11,011 nt of DNA from a bacterium. GTDB taxonomy: Bacteria > RBG-13-61-14 > DATKZS01. The stretch spans positions 1 to 11,011 of the forward strand of contig JAWOBU010000114.1 in the NCBI GenBank assembly GCA_046484135.1, written 5' to 3'. A program made the translations under genes and the position numbers. This document shows, in pieces, positions 1 through 7,741 of the stretch. The notes beneath the pieces are model-generated. The model did no database searches. It was not told the DNA's origin and saw only the letters and a program-made list of their open reading frames with translations. Within the stretch, counting starts at the first letter, position 1, and each line of letters starts with the position of its first letter.

Positions 1-1
1 G

Positions 2-154
2 CCCTCCGAACAAGTCACCGCCATAGCCATGAGAAACACCCTCCCGGAATTTATCGCGGATTCATCAAAATCAAATATCCTGGCGAAATTCCTGCGCGAG
101 AGAATAGACGTATCAAGAGCGGAGGGATTACGAATGCTTGCAGTCAACGAATGA
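2..154 (+). CDS. Possible 3' end of a hypothetical protein running in from the window edge
   Basis: Frame 2 is open from the edge (PSEQVTAIAMRNTLPEFIADSSKSNILAKFLRERIDVSRAEGLRMLAVNE) to TGA at 152-154 and converges on the 192-803 gene. No recognisable motif. Confidence 0.4.
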   Translation, partial: PSEQVTAIAMRNTLPEFIADSSKSNILAKFLRERIDVSRAEGLRMLAVNE

Positions 155-191
155 ATTGATCGGGAAGGGGGAAAGCGGTACTCTCAAGTTA

Positions 192-803
192 TTAACAGGA
201 TTGTATCATAATCTCTTCTACCTGTTCCTGGGTTAAAGTCTTATGCTCCACCAATTGTACCGCTACAAAAGTAATCATTTCCCAATGAAGATCAACAAAG
301 TCTTTTGCAACTATCTTGCAGTGTTCAAGGAATGCTTTTCTCTGTCTCTCCAGTTGGCGGGGAGTGTAACCATGATACTCACGTTCTTCCACACTATAAA
401 GCGAAAGCTGGTGTATGAGAGAGGCATCATGAAAATTAGGCCACTTTTTTAAAGGCTCTCCGTTTTTCTCCAGGACAAGTCTATCTTTGCCTAGTACTCG
501 GTTCCATGCTATCGGTCCGGCCATAACCATTACTATCGTGTCCCTCACTTTGTCTAATGAATGCGGTGCTTCAAAAGGATGCTTCTCAAGAAATAGATGC
601 CCCGCAGATAAAAAATCGTAGTGGGTCATTGGAATAATGGTTACATACTCCATTTTGATTGAGTTATTAAAAATGACTGAAGTAACTGCATGCGCGGCTT
701 CATGGTATGCGATTAATTCCAAAGTGGACACGGTCCTGTGCGTACTGTTCGAGTAAGAGGAATGGTCGTAACTTGCGTCTTGCGTTTCGCTTACCTTGTT
801 CAT
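192..803 (-). CDS. Stand-alone peptidase M41-like (FtsH protease domain-like) zinc metalloprotease
   Basis: AYHEAAH zinc motif near the N-terminus, MAGPIA (cf. FtsH LxGRxAE helix), a downstream Asp in FHDA, and a C-terminus HWEMITFVAVQLVEHKTLTQEQVEEIM resembling the FtsH tail. No AAA+ domain. Purine-rich AAGGAAGGTGA upstream of the ATG. AT-rich relative to neighbours. Confidence 0.75.
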   Translation of the reverse strand: MNKVSETQDASYDHSSYSNSTHRTVSTLELIAYHEAAHAVTSVIFNNSIKMEYVTIIPMTHYDFLSAGHLFLEKHPFEAPHSLDKVRDTIVMVMAGPIAWNRVLGKDRLVLEKNGEPLKKWPNFHDASLIHQLSLYSVEEREYHGYTPRQLERQRKAFLEHCKIVAKDFVDLHWEMITFVAVQLVEHKTLTQEQVEEIMIQSC

Positions 804-940
804 ACTTCACCTTCCTTTTTTCCGTTCACTATGTCTATGATGAGAGGTTTGACGTGTGCCGATAGCTCGGGGCAAGAAGCTACCAGCACGGCGAGGTCGG
901 GGTCCAGGTCGGGATTTTCGGGGTTCTGTGTGCTGAACAT
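800..940 (-). CDS. Small hypothetical protein with DPDLxxLVxx(W/C)PxLxxHVK motif (46 aa if the ATG at 940 is used)
   Basis: MFSTQNPENPDLDPDLAVLVASCPELSAHVKPLIIDIVNGKKEGEV. Its TGA overlaps the peptidase ATG (ATGA, 800-803). The motif resembles small ORFs I recall near att ends of tRNA-targeting elements. Start uncertain. Confidence 0.45.
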   Translation of the reverse strand: MFSTQNPENPDLDPDLAVLVASCPELSAHVKPLIIDIVNGKKEGEV

Positions 941-1009
941 GCACTGGACGGAGTCTGTTTTTAGGGTGGTTTTATCGTGGTCTCGAATTGTCCTATCAGG
1001 CTTGGAGCC

Positions 1010-1101
1010 TATAAATTCAGAATTGCTGTGGGGTGCTTCACTGTGCAGGTTTTGACCGTTTGTGTCCTTGACGTGTCCGGAAGTGGAAAGGCTAAAAATG
1101 G
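1010..1101. repeat. Direct repeat copy 1 (att arm-like sequence downstream of tRNA-Leu)
   Basis: Ungapped alignment to 8884-8975 with 12 mismatches in 92 nt, including a perfect 26-mer TGTCCTTGACGTGTCCGGAAGTGGAA (1063-1088 = 8937-8962). Confidence 0.95.
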
Positions 1102-1185
1102 TGCGAGGAGAGGGACTTGAACCCTCACAGGCTAATGCCCACAAGGTCCTCAACCTTGCGCGTCTACCTCTTCCGCCATCCTCGC
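1099..1185 (-). tRNA. tRNA-Leu(GAG)
   Basis: Reverse complement GCGAGGATGGCGGAAGAGGTAGACGCGCAAGGTTGAGGACCTTGTGGGCATTAGCCTGTGAGGGTTCAAGTCCCTCTCCTCGCACCA. Acceptor stem GCGAGGA/TCCTCGC, anticodon arm CAAGG-TTGAGGA-CCTTG, long variable arm, T-arm GAGGG-TTCAAGT-CCCTC, A discriminator, encoded CCA. Downstream of secG, as for E. coli secG-leuU. Confidence 0.97.
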
Positions 1186-1243
1186 TTTCGGTTCCATGGA
1201 AAATATAATACAGGAGCCGGTTGGTTTCAACTCCGTCTTTACG

Positions 1244-1771
1244 TTATTGTTCCGTTTCCGTGCTTTCCGGTTGAACCGGTGGAGCGGTTTCCAGGGCCGG
1301 TGTGGGCTCGGTTTCCTCTCCAGCGCCTTCGGATTCTTCCGCGGAAGTCTCTTCTCCTCCGGGTTCGGCCTTCTCCGGCGTCCTGGGCTTGTTCACGTCC
1401 GGCACCTCGATATCAGAGCCTTCCCCCGGCTTGCCCGAGGCGGCCGGCTCCGCGGAAGGCTCTCCGCCGGTGGAAGGTGCGGGTATGGGCAGCTCAGAGG
1501 CGGCTGAGCCTTTCTCGCCTTTGTAATCCTTCATTAAGTCTTCCTCGCCTCCCCCCATAAAGGACAGGCCCAGGCTGGTGAGGCCGAAGATGACGGCCGC
1601 GGCTATGGTGACCTTGGTCAGGAACGTTGCCCGGCCGGTGGACCCGAACACGGTCTGGCTGGACCCGCCGAAAGCGGCGCCCATGCCGGCGCCCTTGCCC
1701 GCCTGCAGAAGAATGATAATGATAAGAGCCAGGCAAACACCAACATGCAAAAGCGTAACGAGAAATTCCAT
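1244..1771 (-). CDS. secG: Preprotein translocase subunit SecG with long acidic C-terminal extension
   Basis: N-terminal ~72 aa match SecG: TM1, ILLQAGKGAGMGAAFGGSSQTVFGSTG, FLTKVT, TM2. Followed by tRNA-Leu(GAG). Confidence 0.95.
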   Translation of the reverse strand: MEFLVTLLHVGVCLALIIIILLQAGKGAGMGAAFGGSSQTVFGSTGRATFLTKVTIAAAVIFGLTSLGLSFMGGGEEDLMKDYKGEKGSAASELPIPAPSTGGEPSAEPAASGKPGEGSDIEVPDVNKPRTPEKAEPGGEETSAEESEGAGEETEPTPALETAPPVQPESTETEQ

Positions 1772-1899
1772 CTTTAACCCGCCTTCCGAGCCGGAAACCT
1801 CAAAAGGGTTCCGCCGGTCAAGATTATTATGCGTTCTATTCGTCCGGAACCGAGCTCTTCCACCGACGGAAGAGGAGCCGTGTTCATTGGACAGAAAAG

Positions 1900-1928
1900 A
1901 TTATAGCACCTGCAAACCTCCTTGTAAA
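1900..1928 (-). promoter_or_regulatory. Sigma-70-type promoter for secG/tRNA-Leu
   Basis: Minus strand reads TTTACA (1928-1923), a 17-nt spacer ending in TGC (extended -10), then TATAAT (1905-1900), about 130 nt upstream of the secG ATG. Confidence 0.7.
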
Positions 1929-2138
1929 CCGGCAGGGAAGCGGAAATGTTCCCGCGATATTAAAGCAAGGATCGAGGCGTGGGTGGCGGTTGGATATCAG
2001 GGGCGGGCGTGATAAAATAAGAGATGGAATCGGTGAGAGGAAAGGCGGTGCGGATTTTAAAGTTGAAACGTTGAGGAAAGGGGATAGCGGAACTTGTGTT
2101 TGCTGGTTCTGCCAAGGAGAAGATGATGGAGGGCTATA

Positions 2139-3392
2139 ATGTTCGAAACTGATACGACGAAAAATTACGTTGAGACACGTCCGGAAGAGGTCATAGACAT
2201 CCATAACTCCATCAACCGTGCCATGGTGGCCCCTCCGGGTCGCTCCACCGAGGCGGCTCAGGCTTACATAGCTTCGGTTTACAAGGAGGGTGCTTACGAG
2301 GTTTACATCTTTCTTCATCTGACCAACTCGAACGAGGGCATCCTTTACAGTTGGGACGAGGGTGCTGCTGCTGCGGAGAAGATACCGGAGATTTACCGGG
2401 CGGCGCTCGAGTTCACCGAGTCCATGGGTTTCATGATGGACGACCTTCATTATCGGGAGAAGTCTCCGGAGGAGAAGGCCCGGACTTTCCAGGAGGTTCC
2501 CATGTTCCACTCGGACCTTTCCTCTTTCCAGGAGTCTTCAGAGGATGAGGAGTCGGAGCTGCTCATCGAGTCCCTGGAGGACGAGTCAGAAGATGAGGAG
2601 GTAAACCTGGACTTACTGGGGGAAGAGGAAGACATAAGTCCGCCGGGGGGAGGCAGTCCGGAGAGCGAGGATGTAGAAGAGGTCGGTGCGGACGACTCGG
2701 AGATAATGCTTATGGGTTCGGACGAGGACAACGGGGAAGAGACGGCCTCTTCTGCCGATGCGGAGGATGAGAGCCTGGACGAGCAGGCTCTTCTGGATGC
2801 GCTCGGGGAGGACGACGCCGGGGGAGTGGAAGCGGAGGAGGTGGAGGAGATATCAGTGGAGTCTTCTCCGGACGAAGAGACCCAGGAAGCTCCTCCGCCG
2901 GTGGAGAGCGTTGTTGAGGACAAATCCTCTCCTTCCCCGGCTTCCGGAGGGGAAGGGGAGCAGGAACTTTTAACGTCGGAGGAGGAAAGCATCCTGGGCG
3001 GCCTGGAGGAGAACTCTCCAGCGGCGGATAAGCCTTCCGAGCCGGAGCCTGCTGCTGCGGCTGTAGAAGAGGAAGAGGAGGAGCTTTCCCTCGACCTGGA
3101 GGAGGAGGAGGAGGAGGAGGAAGAGCCGGAGTTGGAGGCTACTGCCGAGCCGGAGCCAGCAACGGGAGAGACGGCGGTGGCGGAAGAAGTGGAGGAGATA
3201 TCGGTGGAACCGGAAGCTGATGCGGGGATTTCTTCTCCTGCTGACCCGGAGGCCGCACCCGGGCCCGAGGCAACGCCGCCCCGAGCTGAAACCGCCCCGC
3301 CCTCGGCCGAACCGCCGAGGCGGGTCCCGGCGGACATGAAACCGGAAAGCACGGACAAGGAGATACTGGTGCGCCTTCTGGCCATGATGTGA
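2139..3392 (+). CDS. Tgl-locus-associated protein: globular N-terminal domain, very acidic disordered region, short C-terminal helix
   Basis: GGAGG RBS 6 nt upstream. The N-terminal ~125 aa (HNSINRAMVAPPG..AQAYI..VYIFLHL..ALEFTESMGFMMD..PMF) resemble, from recall, the protein encoded upstream of tgl in myxobacteria. The rest is E/D/P/S-rich and ends ILVRLLAMM. Confidence 0.75.
   Translation: MFETDTTKNYVETRPEEVIDIHNSINRAMVAPPGRSTEAAQAYIASVYKEGAYEVYIFLHLTNSNEGILYSWDEGAAAAEKIPEIYRAALEFTESMGFMMDDLHYREKSPEEKARTFQEVPMFHSDLSSFQESSEDEESELLIESLEDESEDEEVNLDLLGEEEDISPPGGGSPESEDVEEVGADDSEIMLMGSDEDNGEETASSADAEDESLDEQALLDALGEDDAGGVEAEEVEEISVESSPDEETQEAPPPVESVVEDKSSPSPASGGEGEQELLTSEEESILGGLEENSPAADKPSEPEPAAAAVEEEEEELSLDLEEEEEEEEEPELEATAEPEPATGETAVAEEVEEISVEPEADAGISSPADPEAAPGPEATPPRAETAPPSAEPPRRVPADMKPESTDKEILVRLLAMM
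3099..3125 (+). repeat. (GAG)7-GAA-GAG trinucleotide run encoding poly-Glu9
   Basis: Directly visible and in frame with 2139-3392. Confidence 0.9.
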
Positions 3393-3556
3393 AAAACGCG
3401 GCTGGTGTCCCGTTACATGGTTTTCTGCCGGTTTCGAAAAAAATATTTGTGGTGGCGACGACTTAAGATCGCGACTGAAGGCGGCCGAATTGACTGAGAT
3501 ACTTTAAATAGACCGGTGCGGAACCGGAAGGGAGCTCCAGGCGGAAGGAGAAGAAC

Positions 3557-4342
3557 ATGAAAAGTACAGTGCTTGCTTTGGGCCTTGTATTCTTTACGGC
3601 TTTTATGGGGGCGGCGTCCTGCCCCAAGAAAAAGGAATGCCGCAACCCCGATTTTGTTCACGCCATGAAGGATCAGATCAAGCTCTACTATAACAAAGGC
3701 GATTACATAAAGGCCCTGAAGACGGCCAAGCAAGCGGAAGAATGCAATCCTAAGGACCCCGAACTCTACTACTGGATAGGGCTTATCTACTACAAGCGGG
3801 GCAAGACTTACGACGCCATCAGTTACTTTAAGAAGTCTTTGGAAAAAGGCCCGGAGTACACAGACTCCCACATAGCGCTGGGCATGGTCTATCTGGAGCT
3901 GGGCAGGTATGATCAGGCCCTGCAGCACTTCAAGGTGGCCAGCGAGGACGACCTTTATGAAAAACCGTGGACGGCTTACAACAACCTGGGTTACACCTAC
4001 ATGAAAAAGAAGAACTACTCGGACGCGGAGTATTACTTTAAAAAAGCGATCAAAGCCAACCCCAAGTTCTGCGTGGCTTACTGCAACCTGGGAGAGCTTT
4101 ACTCCTTGAAAGGCGACCATGAGCAGGCGATCCGGAAGCTGCAAAAATCCGTATCCCTTTGCCCGGAAGGGTATGCCCGGCCTCGCTTACTCCTGGCCAT
4201 CGAGTATGGAGACATGCAGATGTACTCCAAGGCCTGCGGGCAGCTTTACAAGGCTTCGAAAATAAAAGACGCACCGGAAGCTGAGCAGATAGACAAGTAC
4301 ATGCGTCTGTATAACTGTTCCAGCGCGATTACCATGCCCTGA
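3557..4342 (+). CDS. Tgl/PilF(PilW)-like TPR lipoprotein (type IV pilus secretin pilotin)
   Basis: AAGGAG RBS. Signal peptide with lipobox AAS-C22. Multiple TPRs. DDLYEKPWTAYNNLG and NPKFCVAYCNLG motifs with several Cys, as in myxobacterial Tgl. Directly upstream of rodZ (conserved pilF-rodZ synteny). Confidence 0.85.
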   Translation: MKSTVLALGLVFFTAFMGAASCPKKKECRNPDFVHAMKDQIKLYYNKGDYIKALKTAKQAEECNPKDPELYYWIGLIYYKRGKTYDAISYFKKSLEKGPEYTDSHIALGMVYLELGRYDQALQHFKVASEDDLYEKPWTAYNNLGYTYMKKKNYSDAEYYFKKAIKANPKFCVAYCNLGELYSLKGDHEQAIRKLQKSVSLCPEGYARPRLLLAIEYGDMQMYSKACGQLYKASKIKDAPEAEQIDKYMRLYNCSSAITMP

Positions 4343-4362
4343 ACCCGAACGCCGGTGGAAAG

Positions 4363-5379
4363 ATGGTCCAGGAAGGCGACATCATTGAAAGCTTCGGGCA
4401 GTACCTGAAGCGGGAGCGGGAGCTGCGGAACATCCCGCTGGAGGAGATTTCCGCTTATACCCGGATCAAGCTTCGGGCCCTGGAGGCCATCGAGCGGGAC
4501 GATTTCTCCCAGCTTCCCCCCCTGGCGTTCATCCGCGCTTTTATCCGCTGTTACGCTGACTACCTGGGCCTTAACATCAACGAGGTCATGCTCAACTTCG
4601 ACTCTTTCATACAGCAGCGCTTCCCGGAGATGACCGGCGAGGTAAAAAAAGTCCCGCGCAAGCAGCGGCCCAAACAGAGTTACCTCCCCCTGGCCATAAT
4701 CATAACCGTGGTCATAGCACTTTTGCTGACCTTCTGGCTTACCAGAAGCCCCGCTCCCCTGCCGGATGCCACGGTAGGACAAAACACCGGCACCAAAGAA
4801 GGAGAAGGCACTTCGGCCGCCCATAACGTGGTGGCCAAACCCGCAGGCACCGGCGAACTAAAAGGAACCACCGCCGGACAAAACCGCCCGCCTCTGGACG
4901 AGGACTCAGCGCCGGCAAGCGACAACGGGCCTGCCGATCAGGAACAAAATAAAAACGCGACTAAGTACCCGCCTGTCTCTTTAACCTCCGACCATGAGAG
5001 GCGGCTGGGCCCTCCAGCCGAGATGGCCACCTTTCCCGGAGAAGAGAAACCGGAAGCGGAAGAGGAAAAGCAAAAGGAGTCGAAGAAACAAGACGCGGAG
5101 CCAAGACCCCAACCCCTCCACCGGGTTTCCCTTTCCGTGGAACAGGCGTGTTGGGTCCGTTACAAGATTGACCGGGACCCGGCCCGCGACGCCGTTCTCC
5201 AACCGGGCCAGCGGGTCACCTTCGAGGGGAGGGAGTCCGTAAAAATCACTATCGGAAACCCCGACGGAGTTAAGAAGGTTACATATAATCAACAACCCTA
5301 TGACTTCGATCCCCGTTGCGCGCCCTGGCATTTGAAATTCCCCGAAAGTCCCGGCGATAACCAATGTCCGTCCCGGTAA
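4363..5379 (+). CDS. rodZ: Cytoskeleton protein RodZ
   Basis: N-terminal HTH (SFGQYLKRERELRNIPLEEISAYTRI..LEAIE..RAFIRCYADYLGL), basic patch, one TM helix, low-complexity linker, and C-terminal DUF4115-like domain (CWVRYKID..LQPG..IGNPDGV). Confidence 0.9.
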   Translation: MVQEGDIIESFGQYLKRERELRNIPLEEISAYTRIKLRALEAIERDDFSQLPPLAFIRAFIRCYADYLGLNINEVMLNFDSFIQQRFPEMTGEVKKVPRKQRPKQSYLPLAIIITVVIALLLTFWLTRSPAPLPDATVGQNTGTKEGEGTSAAHNVVAKPAGTGELKGTTAGQNRPPLDEDSAPASDNGPADQEQNKNATKYPPVSLTSDHERRLGPPAEMATFPGEEKPEAEEEKQKESKKQDAEPRPQPLHRVSLSVEQACWVRYKIDRDPARDAVLQPGQRVTFEGRESVKITIGNPDGVKKVTYNQQPYDFDPRCAPWHLKFPESPGDNQCPSR

Positions 5380-5460
5380 AGGCGCTGCCGGAGGTTAAAG
5401 GCGGAAGCCGGCCGGCTACGTGAAGCAAGGGAGTCCCCGCTTTTGGTAAGGAGTGCTTAA

Positions 5461-6942
5461 ATGGGTACCGGCCCGAGTAAAAAAACAAGATCGCTTTTTT
5501 ATATCGCTTCCGGAGCGGGGGCCGTTTTTCTGGTCCTGTTATATCTTTGTTCTGCCGGGACATTCGAACCACGTAAAGAAAGTACGGAAAAGCCCGCGCC
5601 GGGCCGGGAGAATGCACCGGGGACCCGTTCTAGTGAAACGGAAAGACTTGCTTCTGCTGATTCGTCGGAACTTAAAGCCCGGGACCCTGCCGAAGGCTCC
5701 ACCACTTTACCGGAACCTTCCAAGGGGCCCATCGGCCATGATGCCGATGAGCTGGACCGGCCGCCGGACGAAATAGACCGGTTACGCTTCCGGGCCTACC
5801 GCCAGGCCAAGGCCGGAGAGCTTGAACAAGCCATTGACCTCATTCTTAAGGCTTTAAGGATGGAGCCGGACAACAGCCGGCTGCAAAGGGAGGTCAGCCA
5901 TCTTTTTTCCATGCGGGGTTTCCGAAGCTTAAAGCGAAAGGATTATGAGCGGGCCTTGGGTTTTTTCCGCGAATCGCTCCATTACTGGGAGGACAACCCG
6001 AAAGCCCTCCGTGGCATGGGAGTTACTTATTACCGGCGCCGTGACCGGGACCGGGCGGAGGATTGGCTTTTGCGTTTCGTGGAGAAGGGTGGAGACCGTC
6101 CCGGTGTATACACCCTGCTTGGGAGGATCAACTACGAACGGGACCGGTTGGAGGACGCGCTTTATTACTTCCGTGTTTCCCTGGCCCTTTCCCCGGAGCA
6201 GCCGGAGATTTCGAAGCTGGCGGACAAGGTCCGGCGGGAGATCAAGGTCGAGGTTGACTTTGCGAGCCGGGAGTCGCGCCATTTCCGGGTGAAGTACGAG
6301 GGCACGGCCGCTCCGGCGACCGCTTCCCTGGTGCTGCGGGTGTGCGAGGAGGCTTACCTGGATATAGGTTCGGAGCTTGGTTTTTACCCGGAGTTTCCGG
6401 TAACCGTTATTCTTTACACGGACAAGCAGTTCTCCGAGGTCACCCGGAGCCCCGCCTGGGCGGAGGCCATCTTCGACGGCAAAATCCGGATACCGGTGCA
6501 GGGGCTTGCCGGCAGGAGCCGGGTGCTGGAGCGGCTTATCTTCCACGAGTTCACCCATGCCCTGGTCCATGAAGCAGGCCGGGGCCGGGCCCCCATCTGG
6601 CTGCACGAGGGAATGGCCCAGACCATGGAAGGGGTAGAACGGAGCATTCCGGCCATTGCCGGGCAGGTAACCGAAGCAGGCGGGCCTTTCCCCCTCTCGA
6701 GCCTGGAAAACAATTTCCTGGGCATGCCCGCAGGCAAAGCCAAGGCCGCCTACCTGGAAAGCTGGCTTGCAGTTAAATACCTGGATGAAAAATACGGGCC
6801 TTTCGTGATGAGCGAAATGCTCGATTCCCTCCACCACCGCGGAAGCATAGAAGACGCCGTCCGAAGAGTGGCCTCCCGATCCTACCGGCAAGTGGACCAG
6901 GACTTTCGCCGGTGGGTAAGAGAAAAAGCGAAAGCGCCGTGA
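5461..6942 (+). CDS. Membrane-anchored TPR protein with C-terminal peptidase MA-like (gluzincin) domain
   Basis: N-terminal hydrophobic anchor, several TPRs, then SRHFRVKYEG, PAWAEAIFDGKIRIP, HEFTH zinc motif and PIWLHEGMAQ third-ligand motif. AAGGAG RBS upstream. Confidence 0.85.
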   Translation: MGTGPSKKTRSLFYIASGAGAVFLVLLYLCSAGTFEPRKESTEKPAPGRENAPGTRSSETERLASADSSELKARDPAEGSTTLPEPSKGPIGHDADELDRPPDEIDRLRFRAYRQAKAGELEQAIDLILKALRMEPDNSRLQREVSHLFSMRGFRSLKRKDYERALGFFRESLHYWEDNPKALRGMGVTYYRRRDRDRAEDWLLRFVEKGGDRPGVYTLLGRINYERDRLEDALYYFRVSLALSPEQPEISKLADKVRREIKVEVDFASRESRHFRVKYEGTAAPATASLVLRVCEEAYLDIGSELGFYPEFPVTVILYTDKQFSEVTRSPAWAEAIFDGKIRIPVQGLAGRSRVLERLIFHEFTHALVHEAGRGRAPIWLHEGMAQTMEGVERSIPAIAGQVTEAGGPFPLSSLENNFLGMPAGKAKAAYLESWLAVKYLDEKYGPFVMSEMLDSLHHRGSIEDAVRRVASRSYRQVDQDFRRWVREKAKAP

Positions 6943-6960
6943 ACCGCTTCTGTCCGCGGC

Positions 6961-7524
6961 CTAGACCGTGTAAGGCTCCCCGAACCGGTTTTGGTGGGTG
7001 AACTCCTTTATCTCTTTTCGAGCAGGCGCTTTGCCGGTCTTGGCGGGAACCCCCACCGGTATCAGCTCGTACAGGTCTACCCCTTCCGGAAGCCCCAGGA
7101 TGTCTCCCGCCTTCTCGTGGTCGAGAAGCCCAAGGTGCAGGGTCCCGAGACCTTCCGCCCAGGCCGCCAGGCACGCGTTCTGGCAGGCGATGCCCAGGTC
7201 GAACATGACCCAGTCCCCGTAAACCGTGGCCGGCTTGTCCTGGTAATAGCCCGACTTGCCGGCACGGCCGCACACGGCCAGGATAACCGGAGCGTCCGCC
7301 ATTCCCTTGCGGCCGGGGTTGGCCTCCGGGACCGCCTCCTGAAGACGCGACTTCATGGCCGCGTCATCAATAACCACGACCTCCCACGGCTGGAGGTTCA
7401 CCCACGAAGGGGCCCACCGGATAGCGGAAAGGACCTTCTCCAGCTTCTCCGCAGGCACCGGCTCCTCCGTGAACTTGCGGACACTCCGCCGCGTCTCGAT
7501 ACATTCGTGTACTCCCATGGACAT
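6961..7524 (-). CDS. Nitroreductase family protein
   Basis: RRSVRKF, APSWVNLQPW, DLGIACQNACLAAWAEGLGT and LIPVGVP motifs. Start moved to the ATG at 7524, which has GGAGG 8 nt upstream. Confidence 0.92.
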   Translation of the reverse strand: MSMGVHECIETRRSVRKFTEEPVPAEKLEKVLSAIRWAPSWVNLQPWEVVVIDDAAMKSRLQEAVPEANPGRKGMADAPVILAVCGRAGKSGYYQDKPATVYGDWVMFDLGIACQNACLAAWAEGLGTLHLGLLDHEKAGDILGLPEGVDLYELIPVGVPAKTGKAPARKEIKEFTHQNRFGEPYTV

Positions 7525-7741
7525 CTCTCGTTCCTCCCTTCTTCCTTTGCTTGTCCGACACGCACTCACATAAAACGCGAGAACTTGAAAAAATCATCAC
7601 GAGGTGAAAGACGAATCTGCTCGCGATTAAAAACGCCAGCACATTTTATGATAACATTCATCGAAGGCGGTGAGTATTACTCAGGAGGTTCACACCTCCG
7701 GCTTTCTTGATACTGGGAGCGGTCATGGTAGCATTTAGGAG

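Larger units (their letters stand above)
1..1098. mobile_element. Probable end of a genomic island integrated at tRNA-Leu(GAG)
   Basis: Directly downstream of the tRNA CCA. By eye roughly 40% GC in 180-800 versus roughly 55-60% in the housekeeping genes. Contains arm-like repeats and accessory ORFs. No integrase in the window. Confidence 0.6.

Noticed and set aside
1..190. Missing 3' part of nadC at the left end of the window
   Set aside because: I could not see ExSGG or ISxGxLTHS-like motifs here. The open frame on the + strand encodes an unrelated peptide.
800..1153. 117-aa ORF sharing the peptide TSGHVKDxNGxNxHSEAP with the nadC read-through tail, suggesting a conserved protein domain
   Set aside because: It starts inside the tRNA. 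The similarity comes from the DNA repeat, and most differences between the copies are non-synonymous (T/I, Q/H, L/P, H/R, N/D), so there is no sign of coding selection. Only the C-terminal ~46 aa are kept as a candidate ORF.
3099..3125. (GAG)n run as a phase-variation switch
   Set aside because: An in-frame trinucleotide repeat within a disordered acidic region, so slippage would not shift the frame.
2450..3385. 311-aa Ser-rich ORF on the - strand
   Set aside because: Antisense shadow of the GAG/GAA-rich real gene 2139-3392.
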